From: a virus
Virus record (IMG/VR): IMGVR_UViG_3300017914_002709
Span: 20,698-84,697 of that record
DNA: 64,000 nucleotides
Strand: one strand, 5' to 3'
Shown here: positions 13,401 through 19,827 of the stretch, in pieces
Position numbering within the stretch: the first letter of the stretch is position 1
How the letters are laid out: the number at the start of each line of letters is the position of its first letter
The notes under the pieces: model-generated
Databases searched by the model: none
What the model was told of the DNA's origin: nothing
Seen by the model: only the letters and a program-made list of their open reading frames with translations
Program-made: the position numbers and the translations under genes

Positions 13401-15183
13401 GTTGAAAACAATTTCAACAGGTTCTAAATTGCAATATGTTGTATATGATAATGCATTACAGTCATACAGTCAAATTACAATCAACGAATTTAACAATGAT
13501 AGCACTGAAGGTAATTATTACAAATTTACAGATCAGACTCCTGTGCCATTTAATAGATTACCAATCAGTCACAATATCTTAGTTAAAACAGGATCTGAAA
13601 TATTATCACCTGGTTACAGTATAAGATACACATTGACAGATGAACGCAACTATGATTTAGATCTGTGGCAATTTAGAGAACCACTAAAGTTAGATTCTTC
13701 AGATGTATTGGTGTTTATTGACGACAAGTTGATTTCAAGAGATTATTGGGCATTTGATAATATAAATGCAAAAATTAGATTGTTGCGCAGTGATATTGGA
13801 CTAGCAGGTAGTAAACTAGATGTGTACATTATAACAAATGCAGACTATTATTTCATTGATACAAAAATCACATTAGGCGGCGAAGATTCAACAAGCTCAG
13901 TTCCTGATTTAACTGATATTGTAGAAGTAGGCGATACTGTAACACTTACCAGTGTATTGAGCAGCACAAAATACGAACTGGTTGTGGAAAAAGTAGGACA
14001 ACAAACATTAACAGTACAGAGTCAGCAAAAAGAATTACTAGACGAATTTGTTGCAGATCCTGAATTTGTTGTTAGTGTCAATGAACAAGATAGCACATAT
14101 TATAACATACAAAAAGTAGAATATATTTTGAGCAATAACCTAACAATTGCAAGTTACAATGATGTTCTACCGATACAGGTTTATCAGTTTAGCAACCATG
14201 ACATTAACAACTTCCAGCGTTATACATATGATGTGTTGACATCAACTTATGTTGATACTACATCGTCTAGTTATGTAAGAAGAAACTTGCTTTCTAACGG
14301 TACAATTCAATTGGAAAAACCTGTAGAAAATGTCAATTATGTCTGGGTAATGAAAAACAATAAACTATTATCACCTGGTGTTGATTACGTTGTTACCAGC
14401 AATTTGAACGCAGTGCAATTGACAAAGATTCCAGCAGAAAAAGATAGAATTGATGTTTTACATTTTGCTAAGAATAAAATTACACCTGTGTTTGGTTATA
14501 GAATTTTTAAAGATATGTTGAACAGAACTGTGTACAAACGTCTTAATCAAGAAAACAGTTATGTGCTTGCAGAAGATTTAAATTACTATGATTATACAAT
14601 TAAATTAGAAGATGCAACAGGAGTGCAAATTCCTGACAAAACAAACAACTTACCTGGTATTTTGTTCATTGACGGAGAGCGTATAGAGTATTTTGAAATC
14701 AGTGGCAATAACTTGAAACAAGTACGCAGAGGAACACTAGGAACAGGAGTAAAAACTGTTCATGCAGCAGGTTCTAGAGCATATGGAGCAGGTCCAGGAG
14801 AGAATATAAATTATGCAGATACATTGTATACACACACTACAAGAGCCGACGGATCTACTGATATTGTAGACATGGAGTTTACAGTTTCAAATGTCAACGA
14901 AATTGAGGTATTTGTAGGCGGACGCAGACTAAGAAAGAATGCAATCAGTGTGTTTAATCCTGCACTGGATCAAGATTCGCCAGCAGGTGACGAAACAAGT
15001 GCAGCAGAATACACAGTTACAAATGGTGTGATAACACTTGCTACAGAACCAGCAGATGGTGTTGAAATCAAAGTAGTAAAAAGACAAGGTCAGACCTGGA
15101 CAGAACCGGGCACTAGCCTTGCAGATTCAAAACTTTCAGTGGGCAGATTCTTACGTGACGCAACAATTGAGCTACCCCGATAA
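1465..15183 (+). CDS. Giant 4572-aa virion structural protein (baseplate/fibre-associated, multidomain)
   Basis: Uninterrupted 13.7-kb ORF between the wedge and fibre genes. Contains 4 CBM5/12-like modules, FG-GAP-like propeller repeats, G-x-G-Y-x3-P repeats and many V-x-x-N/D-G beta-sandwich-like repeats. Confidence 0.8.
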   Translation: MSFDNDQNDFPLPAGKSADRKASNFLPRYFRTPTNKKFLQSTIDQQINEGVVEKLNSFVGRRSAKARIPDDTYLGDVSADRENYQFEPAVVYKDELNNLEFYADYNDYIGQLSNFGSTTSNHSLLNQQQSYSWNPHIDWDKFVNFREYYWLPLGPEPMPVVGQSKDVRSTLEISTATDDDNTAYVFTPDGFTRNPTLKLFKGQTYRITINCPGYPIALASSRDYKDNDPLLDVDAENVSTLYTDGVTKYVLDDNQQLIVTTDDYIEEGFIDFTPGENAPEELFYISQNDIDMGGLITIYGIEENTEIDVAAEIIGKQSYTTSTGVNLSNGMKIFFQGDVSPAMYSEGYFYVEGVGTGIQLVSDSNLEVPLTFVSQESVPFDGGEYPFDRYPFEDAATYPATKDYLVINRASADRNPWSRYNRWVHRDVIETSAKAIGLEPSFDQTQRAKRPIIEFEAGMKLYQHGNIAKANVNLVDTTTKDAFSNIEGQEGYIIDGVELTDGMRIVFTADTDIRVNGKIYQVKFINFGTGATKTRQISLVETDDTEPSDGECVLALQGNKNGGNMFYYENSKWNLSQQKTKVNQAPHFDLFDKNKTSLSDPITYKANTFTGTKFFTYAQGTGTNDSELGFPLKYRTITNVGDIVFDFNYSSDSFTYQDDQEVEFTKKTDNSFIQKYDSLSKEITYENAWKKSYTKSRQGVVRIYDNVTNNLDIDVFNFSKDLDIFAQVFVNGIKKLPDVDFTLQNGPRYKQIRFVKNLKKTDSVVVKAYANADKNANGFYEIPLNLECNPGNDNVTALTLGEVNSHVESIVSNALYFEGNFPGRSNLRDLRLQTELGTRFVQHEGPLNLALYHITNKDSNVVKAIEYAMDEYSKFKQEFMQAAETLGFDGSTKKHVDAIMKKITKDKTSNFCFFTSDMVPFNAALSTTHTIEYDGEAYFALETAFDLNTLSNRAVLVYANDELLIHGKDYEFENGFVKVTKSLVEDDEVVIIEYDNTNGSYVPPTPSKLGLLPSTRPEKFTDGANNFIRGHDGSYTLAYNDFRDDLLLELEKRIYNNTKLFYNKDILDINDFVGGRSRKNNFTAKEINRVLLKDFSNWLNKAGDPNYTENSFYSVSNEFTYNYSSNNDEEGNSLNGYWKGIYTYFFDTIRPHLRPWEMLGFTDEPTWWQSVYGPAPYTSSNTPLWQDLRDGAIKEPNKPVVYNKKFARKWLMSQIPANEFGELNNPIEAGIATAILRDDTQSSFKFGDFAPVENAWRNSAEYRFALLKSWVLLEPAKVLGLGFDISRIEKDIAGNIVYAPTQKRITTADLLFPTLTDTETTQSYTSGLVNYIANYTKYNKRNSVEKYKTQLTGIDNQLAFRLAGFADKNKLKLVLDSRSPLNKTSVFVPEENFEIYLNTSSVQETAVLSGFIIEKLSNGRFNIRGYDKSAPVFKTNPVKIRTADPAITVGGVSENFVEWNENKTYTVGTIVNLDGTYYRTKITHTSGTDFDVSKFAKLAELPIEGGVSAVLRQTFEDTIVDVDYGTEFANVQEVADFMLGYENYLKNTGFIFESVNAASAQTEDMKLVLQEFMFWVTQGWDTGTVLAVSPIANEVKFTRQYFSVDNIYDSFYDDTIISGPGEAVEANFTNIYRDRDVDFTLKPVDTDDGIFLIKLPLVQTEHVVLLDNTTVFNDTIYDKVPGFRQERIKLNGYRTDGWTGNLNVPGFIYDQAKITLWTANTDYGIGDLIKYKEFYYSAFNSHTSGETFVETNWRRLPEKPVSQIYPNWDYKSNQFADFYDLDTDNFDTEQQRLAQHLIGYQPREYLSNIITDSVSQYKFYQGFIQDKGTKNALSKLFDPLSAADKDSVEFYEEWAFRLGQYGAIDNLFEIEYQLDESKYRTEPQIFELTQGINPTRLDLTVEIPQSKVYKKPSTYDHTIVPTKNTTGTYTRDSGYVKNDQVSFVISEWDFVADISPFDLSIGENIWVTKDNNDKWNAYKHVNSGLVVESYDADTFGDEDVLTITTTNYIKDIAVDDFVGIITDDPLYSGFGQVVNVELDKLTVSGVPVQPEEERDSSIVGTSITKFVSRRFDDATDVNSNLTDMQKDTVDTIWVDNNGTGNWTVYENRYVFDLSREVINQQDTTEWGKTFDLNRTNLVMAVGDPSNEQVSVYTRTSRNFDWNTVVFFGPNNSYDSVPSEYGHSVAVSPDGNTIAVGVPLASNALTRFKGPLRPGVPYTAGDIVSDRGSLFRARNNIDDGWFNVGDSSDSSTIFDSSAPDGVPEDWERVYRIEAGEGSTDSSGSEQGVVYVYTRDKTTQVYELDFVMTSPEPRAFAQFGHKVVLSEDSTGATRMFVSAPGDDAGRIYFFENVPGPDSEWKWTRNDDYKGIYSDSELYNLGDIVFYDGQLYKALTNLQRGTALPTDTSKWEVSEQVEHTGFIPNKLQDLDNENIGNEVTRFGQDFAVNAFGDKLVAMYLDANIDEDSSKSKVLAIYNQPNKRWTHIQRITPITDETGFAFSFDIDDAGDNVAVSQPFADEKGIDSGTVYVYTQGSNDTYTQTQKLNSPFNESNEVFGTSVAFGGNKLVIVGKNSDTINYTTFDLIDEDNVTTFDNSNTKFSQTVEDSGRLIIFEELDNNYIFAEDVDYRRDLNGFSMDNIKVNFNQIYLSLPNYAPTSARKPLDDDKYQISNNRGIIAEISTGKTADAWTAIAQQNDKPDIEKINQVFLYNVDTQDIVQKLDVVDPRQGKIVGIAEQNISYKTPYDPADYNENTNWGPKEVGTIWWNIDTASWYDVYQGDNNYRTSKFNTLIPGSTVQICEWVGTDLLPDEWLAQSGTAEGYAAGITGVPLFGSLFTTERVYDSVSQTFKPQYFYWVQNTEIVPNVEGRTISAQNIATLIADPASLGYRYAVLLSNKSFALYNCKSLVEGTNTVIQFRIQKDSDLQTNIHSEYQLISQGLDLSMPQRDIETKWHDSLIGYDALANVVPDVTLPESQKYGLLNVPRQSMFVNRLEAVKQFIERANSVFAKYQIVDNYNISKLQLAEPFPNIKVGNYDVAVDTEVDLQYIGVAKTQTAEISLTIDSGTITEVQIVNPGNGYKYAPRIEIEDAFGYGAILNTTINNTGKIVSVDIRKGGKNYSQNAIPKIRKFSALVKSDSTLGGIWTIYEWNKSTQNWDKVTNQSYDTNKYWNYIDWYAPGYSDGTVIDHVIEQSYLLFGLEDNIGDIVKIKSVGSGGWLLLKKKDNKDTEDYTVNYDTVGRENGTIELKDLLYNYSVETTGYDANVYDISFYDKEPVQELRNIISAIKEDLFVGDLVKEYNELFFAGIRYAHSEQVNVDWAFKTSFVRAKHNVGGLTQKITFQNDNLENYQDYIEEVKPYKTKIREYISAYTRIEPTQSMVTDFDLPPSYVGGSIKPSNAIYSNDTITQLFDDYNQYPYKNWVDNNKYEVVKIAVADGGAGYENTPIVKIAGDNPPTARAYLARGKVKTIEIDTKGQRYFKAPVVTIEGQATKPARAVAILGEPNVRSTHMVVRFDRVSGKKYIEDINAIETFTGTGAKEKFVLKWPMDLNTTKYTIEVDGVQALSSEYTVGNDVDFSLGHERFLGYVKFNDVPKTGTTIKVSYKKDTRILQAADRIFTKYEPTEGMPGIGENESLASLMRGVEYEGVLYDAFPFGNDQGFGAGGFGDVPYDTFTNTYDDEVIVLDGSTNIIQLAEPLEDGVTYNVYYNGKRIDDPAYDGSTELTNTNAVMLPVSGDGSTDSIDISALNDDNTLVDGDIIIVRKQTSDGSFTPVGTTYDTALSGGSIDYSTASGQAAGEVIVDGDGFYTEKTSGGPEELVPGTVVDTLDMKVYHRATDGVGIIGVANYFTDGENFRYRLPEQPAGVDSIIVAYEGEVLDSTLYSVDYENNTIDFDDSTSTVGANLCIITVGANGADLIDTNIITYEGEDTIVTLADYKDAQTVILFENGVALEKDTDFEIFDTGDGDDSTPTLTYNKAAIRLLKTISTGSKLQYVVYDNALQSYSQITINEFNNDSTEGNYYKFTDQTPVPFNRLPISHNILVKTGSEILSPGYSIRYTLTDERNYDLDLWQFREPLKLDSSDVLVFIDDKLISRDYWAFDNINAKIRLLRSDIGLAGSKLDVYIITNADYYFIDTKITLGGEDSTSSVPDLTDIVEVGDTVTLTSVLSSTKYELVVEKVGQQTLTVQSQQKELLDEFVADPEFVVSVNEQDSTYYNIQKVEYILSNNLTIASYNDVLPIQVYQFSNHDINNFQRYTYDVLTSTYVDTTSSSYVRRNLLSNGTIQLEKPVENVNYVWVMKNNKLLSPGVDYVVTSNLNAVQLTKIPAEKDRIDVLHFAKNKITPVFGYRIFKDMLNRTVYKRLNQENSYVLAEDLNYYDYTIKLEDATGVQIPDKTNNLPGILFIDGERIEYFEISGNNLKQVRRGTLGTGVKTVHAAGSRAYGAGPGENINYADTLYTHTTRADGSTDIVDMEFTVSNVNEIEVFVGGRRLRKNAISVFNPALDQDSPAGDETSAAEYTVTNGVITLATEPADGVEIKVVKRQGQTWTEPGTSLADSKLSVGRFLRDATIELPR

Positions 15184-15186
15184 ATA
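15181..15186 (+). promoter_or_regulatory. T4-late-type promoter core TAAATA
   Basis: TAAATACAGTAT overlaps the giant ORF stop, upstream of ATG 15205; the same 12-mer occurs at 52070. Confidence 0.65.
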
Positions 15187-15204
15187 CAGTATAAGGTACA
15201 GAAC

Positions 15205-15816
15205 ATGACACAGTTAAAAGATACAAATGGAATACACGTCGAAGGTCATATTAAAATTTCAGACCCTTCTACTGGCGAGGTATTAATCAATCAAAGAAAT
15301 GCAATTCATTATGAAAACATGAGTTTAGCATTAGCAGAAAGTTTGGCTAATCAAGGACAAGGTTTTGTCTACGAAATGGCATTCGGTAATGGAGGCACAA
15401 GTGTTGACCCAACAGGTATTATTACATATCTGACGCCAAACAGCACAGGTACAAATGCAAGTTTGTACAACCAAACATTCAAAAAAGTTGTAGACGAAAA
15501 AAGTGTAAACAACACAGATCCTACTAGAAACAAAACAGAAATTCGTCATGTAAGTGGTACTAATTACACTGATATTTTGGTAAGAGCATTGCTTGACTAT
15601 GGTGAACCTGAGGGTCAAGATGCATTTGATACAGCAAGTAACACAGATGGAATTTATGTATTTGACGAACTAGGTTTAAGAAGCTATGCAGAATCAGGCG
15701 AAGGTAGGCTGATTACTCATGTTATTTTCCATCCTGTACAAAAATCATTAAACAGACTTATTCAAGTTGATTACACTGTAAGAATTCAAAGTCTAAGCGG
15801 AATCACTGAGGGTTAA
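15205..15816 (+). CDS. Hypothetical virion (baseplate/tail) protein, 203 aa
   Basis: Clean ORF inside the structural operon; function inferred from position only. Confidence 0.6.
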   Translation: MTQLKDTNGIHVEGHIKISDPSTGEVLINQRNAIHYENMSLALAESLANQGQGFVYEMAFGNGGTSVDPTGIITYLTPNSTGTNASLYNQTFKKVVDEKSVNNTDPTRNKTEIRHVSGTNYTDILVRALLDYGEPEGQDAFDTASNTDGIYVFDELGLRSYAESGEGRLITHVIFHPVQKSLNRLIQVDYTVRIQSLSGITEG

Positions 15817-15818
15817 CA

Positions 15819-17912
15819 ATGGCAGATTATAATGTAAAATTTACTGATAATGTAAACAAAGGATCAATTACTGTTGAAGAAAACAGTATTAATACAGATG
15901 ACACAAGTTTGCAGTTACCAGGACAAAACCTAGCAAATTATGGACAAGTTGTCAATGAGAATTTTTTACATCTATTAGAAAGTTTTGCAAACAATTCTGC
16001 ACCAAATAATCCTGTAGAAGGACAGTTATGGTACGATACAACAACTGGTGTTGATCAATTAAAAGTATATGATGGCACAAACTGGGTTGCAGCTGGTGGA
16101 ATCAAAAAAGCAAATAGTGAACCAGAAGCAGCAGTTAGCACAATTGGTGATTTGTGGGTTGATACTAATAACCAACAGGTTTACTTGTACAGCGGCAGCG
16201 GCTGGATTCTTGTTGGTCCTGATTATGCAGAAGGCGCAAGTACAGGTGCAAAGATTGCAACAATAGAAGCAACAGACGATGAGATTTACACTGTTTTGAT
16301 CAACTATGTAAATGACAAAGTTGTAACAATTTACAGCAGCAAAGAATTTACACCAAAAGCAAAACAAGATGGATTTCCTACTGGTTACACAATCAAACCA
16401 GGTGTAAATTTACCTACACAAGCAAACTTTGACAATGCAAAGGCAAAATACTATGGCACGGCAGAAAAATCTGAAGTGCTTGTAAACACCACTGGCACAG
16501 ATACAATTAACTTTAATGAAGTTGCAAGATTAAACAAAACTAACGATTTTAGTAAAAAGACAAGATTTAAAAACGACAGTGGTATTACAGTTGGTGAAAA
16601 TGATTTATTACAATTAACAGTCAGTGGTAGTACAGGTGTAATTAGACAGTTGTCTGCTGATGGTAACATTGATATCAAAGTAAATGACAGCGGTATTAAT
16701 ACAACTGCAATGCGTATTACACCACAAGGCAGAATTGGTATTGCTAACGAATCTCCTGAAGAGACACTAGATGTAAAAGGTGCTATCAAAGCGACTGTTG
16801 TTGATGGCGAAACTGATAGTGGTAAAGTTTTTGTAACAAGCACAGTGAACAGTATTTCAAGCACAGATGGTGCATTGGTTGTATCAGGTGGTATCGGTGT
16901 TGCAAGAGATGTGAATATCGCAGGTGCATTAGATGTTGCAGGCAACGTAGAAGCTCAAAGTATTTTACCAAAAACCGCAGCTACTAGCAATATTGGTAGC
17001 ACAGCATTAACATATGCAAACATCTATGCAAATACTTTTAGAGGAAACTTAGTTGGCAATGTCACAGGTAATGTCAGCGGTAGTGCAACAAGTGCTAGTA
17101 AACTTGCAAGTCCAACAACTTTTAGATTTAACAGCACAGGCGATGTTAGAGAATCGCAAGCAAACCCAGTAACTTACGACGGACAGGTTGGCGGCTTAAC
17201 AAAAGAATGGACATTGAGTATTAATCCGGCCTTTGTTGGTAACAAAACTGAACTTACAACAGTGAATAGCACAGCAGACGAGTTTTTGGTTAACCGTGCA
17301 GGTGTTTTGTACAAAATGTCACACGAAACTATTACGCAAACAATTGCTTCTCCTCCTAGCAATAATGATTTGCAAGCACCGCTTATTCCTCGCGGATCAA
17401 TTATGCCTTTTGCTGGAGTTGTTGCGCCTCCAGGTTGGTTGTTCTGTCATGGTCAAGAAATTAACCGTACAACCTACACTGGATTGTATCAAATTATAGG
17501 TACATTGTATGGTACACCTAGCAATACAGAAGTATTTAAAGTTCCAGATTTTAGAGGTAGATTCTTAGCAGGTCACAAAGCAGATGCCACAACTGGAACA
17601 CGTATTTTAGATGATACAGCCATTGAAACTGTTGGTTTGACAGGCGGTGCAGAATCTACAACAATTGATTTAGATAACCTTCCAGATCACACACATACTT
17701 TACAAGGCAGTGCAGGAACACAATATTTTGCAACAACCAGTGTTACAGGAGGAACAGACGAAGGCGCTGTAAGCAACAGTCTAACTGGTTCAGCACCAGG
17801 AACAAGCATTGATAGAACAGGAGCAATGAACGATGTTCAAAATGATCCTTTTGTCCATGTGCCGCCCTTCACTACAATTGAATACATTATTTACACAGGG
17901 GTATACTCATGA
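15819..17912 (+). CDS. Tail fibre protein with phage tail-collar domain
   Basis: PRGSIMPFAGVVAPPGWLFCHGQEINRTTYTGLYQIIG...PDFRGRF collar motif (17388-17573); distal DHTHTL HxH motif; GNLVGNVTGNVSG repeats. Confidence 0.85.
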   Translation: MADYNVKFTDNVNKGSITVEENSINTDDTSLQLPGQNLANYGQVVNENFLHLLESFANNSAPNNPVEGQLWYDTTTGVDQLKVYDGTNWVAAGGIKKANSEPEAAVSTIGDLWVDTNNQQVYLYSGSGWILVGPDYAEGASTGAKIATIEATDDEIYTVLINYVNDKVVTIYSSKEFTPKAKQDGFPTGYTIKPGVNLPTQANFDNAKAKYYGTAEKSEVLVNTTGTDTINFNEVARLNKTNDFSKKTRFKNDSGITVGENDLLQLTVSGSTGVIRQLSADGNIDIKVNDSGINTTAMRITPQGRIGIANESPEETLDVKGAIKATVVDGETDSGKVFVTSTVNSISSTDGALVVSGGIGVARDVNIAGALDVAGNVEAQSILPKTAATSNIGSTALTYANIYANTFRGNLVGNVTGNVSGSATSASKLASPTTFRFNSTGDVRESQANPVTYDGQVGGLTKEWTLSINPAFVGNKTELTTVNSTADEFLVNRAGVLYKMSHETITQTIASPPSNNDLQAPLIPRGSIMPFAGVVAPPGWLFCHGQEINRTTYTGLYQIIGTLYGTPSNTEVFKVPDFRGRFLAGHKADATTGTRILDDTAIETVGLTGGAESTTIDLDNLPDHTHTLQGSAGTQYFATTSVTGGTDEGAVSNSLTGSAPGTSIDRTGAMNDVQNDPFVHVPPFTTIEYIIYTGVYS

Positions 17913-19795
17913 GCTATAAGATAAACACCACCAATGGCGAACTTTTAGTTGATTTGCTTGATGGAACTATTGATGATGATACCACTGACTTAGTTCTTGT
18001 TGGAAGAAATTACACAGGCTACGGAGAAGCATTCAACGAAAACTTTGTAAAATTATTGGAAAATTTTGCAAACACAAGTCAACCAAATAATCCAATTAGA
18101 GGACAAATTTGGTACGACACCGGCGAAGGTAGATTAAAGATCTACGATGGTGAAAATTTCAAAAGCACAGATACAACAATTTATACTGCTACAGAACCTA
18201 CACTGTTAGCAGGAGAAATTTGGATTGATAGTAGAAATAAGCAACTTTACTTCAGTGACGGTGTAAGGAAATTTTTAGCAGGTCCAAACTTTACAGATAC
18301 ACAAGGTGCAACTGGCACAGATGCAATAACACTAGTTGATAGATTTGGTAACGACAAGCACGTTGCTCGTATGCAAGTCAACGGGCAAACAGTAGCAATT
18401 ATCAGTCATGAGGCATTTACTGCTGCAAATATTGACGAAAATATTGCATTGTTAAGCAATGATGATTTTACGTTTAGTTTGACAATTGAGCAAGGTATTA
18501 ATTTAAGCACAGATACAAGCACATTCTTATATCATGGCACAGCCAAAAATGCACAAAACTTGCAGATTGGCAGTGTTAATTATTCACCTGCAGACTTTTT
18601 ACAAGTAACACCAAATATTGCAGCAGCAACACCGCAAGCTACTAATCATTTATTTCATGTTAGAAATGATAGAGGAATTATTATTGGTGACAGTCAAGAT
18701 CACAAAATCTTTGTTGATACAGCAGCAAGCAACGCAGTAACTTTTAAAAATCAAATAAACGGATCTGATTTAAAATTCCAAATCACACAAAGTGTTGATC
18801 CTAGTGATCCTGCATTAGATGTTATAACTGTAGATAACAGTACATCACGCATTGGTTTTTTCAATGCAGCACCTGATTATGATATACAATTTGGTACAAC
18901 CAGTGCACCAAAAGATGTATATGTAACTGGTGATTTAACAGTTCGTGGCGATACAACATCACTTGATGTTGCAACATTGAGAGTTGAAGACTTAAACATT
19001 GAACTAGCAATTGGCACTGACAGTACATTGTTAGCAAGATCAGCACTAGATGGCGCAGGTATTGTTATAAAAGCAACAGGTGACGATATTACATTTACCT
19101 ATAACAATGCAGAAACTGCTTGGGCCAGCACAGAAAATATTGACATCGCACAAGGTAAAACTTATAAAATTGGCGGACAAACAGTAATTACATCGAGTGC
19201 ACTTGACGATGTAATTACAACAGCAAACGGTTTAACCAGTATTGGTACTTTGACAGAATTAGACGTTGACAATTTCAACTTTAATGCAGGCACAATTACA
19301 GTTTCGTCAGCACTTACATTTGATGTAACAGGAGATATTACAATTGATGCAAATCCTACTCCTACTACAAAAATCAAAGGTGTAAGCAATCCTGATGATC
19401 CGCAAGAAGTTGCAACCAAAGATTATGTTGATAATAGAAATAGAGACGAAGATATTTGGTTAGCTGTAGATACCACTGGATTAAATGATGCACAAATTGC
19501 GGATTTAATTGAAGATATAGTACCTGCAAGTACAAAACGTCAAGGTGTAAGTGCAAGAGTGCATTGTACAAGTTATTCTGGTACTGTTTCTTATGATCCA
19601 GATGATGGTATTAGTAAAACAACTATCACTGTTGACAAAGGCGGTGTTGCTGATGCACAATCTGTTTTACAAGATGTGTCTTTTGCAGAAACTACCGAAA
19701 GTTTAACATTGAGTGTAACAAGACAATTAAAACGTTTTGAAATTGACAGTGCTCAAGAATGGGTTTGGATTGAGGATCTGTTATCAAGCGTATAA
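17909..19795 (+). CDS. Tail fibre-like structural protein (paralogue 2)
   Basis: N-terminal LVGRNYTGYGEAFNENFVKLLENFAN...GQIWYD module shared with 15819 and 19828; ATGA overlap with the upstream gene. Confidence 0.7.
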   Translation: MSYKINTTNGELLVDLLDGTIDDDTTDLVLVGRNYTGYGEAFNENFVKLLENFANTSQPNNPIRGQIWYDTGEGRLKIYDGENFKSTDTTIYTATEPTLLAGEIWIDSRNKQLYFSDGVRKFLAGPNFTDTQGATGTDAITLVDRFGNDKHVARMQVNGQTVAIISHEAFTAANIDENIALLSNDDFTFSLTIEQGINLSTDTSTFLYHGTAKNAQNLQIGSVNYSPADFLQVTPNIAAATPQATNHLFHVRNDRGIIIGDSQDHKIFVDTAASNAVTFKNQINGSDLKFQITQSVDPSDPALDVITVDNSTSRIGFFNAAPDYDIQFGTTSAPKDVYVTGDLTVRGDTTSLDVATLRVEDLNIELAIGTDSTLLARSALDGAGIVIKATGDDITFTYNNAETAWASTENIDIAQGKTYKIGGQTVITSSALDDVITTANGLTSIGTLTELDVDNFNFNAGTITVSSALTFDVTGDITIDANPTPTTKIKGVSNPDDPQEVATKDYVDNRNRDEDIWLAVDTTGLNDAQIADLIEDIVPASTKRQGVSARVHCTSYSGTVSYDPDDGISKTTITVDKGGVADAQSVLQDVSFAETTESLTLSVTRQLKRFEIDSAQEWVWIEDLLSSV

Positions 19796-19799
19796 TAGG

Positions 19800-19805
19800 T
19801 AAATA
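19800..19805 (+). promoter_or_regulatory. T4-late-type promoter core TAAATA
   Basis: Intergenic TAAATA upstream of ATG 19828. Confidence 0.55.
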
Positions 19806-19827
19806 CTGCTACAGCAAGGAAGAATAA

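Noticed and set aside
1465-15183. Intein, intron or frameshift explaining the giant ORF length
   Set aside because: No Hint-domain termini or homing-endonuclease motifs noticed; length is explained by repeated structural domains
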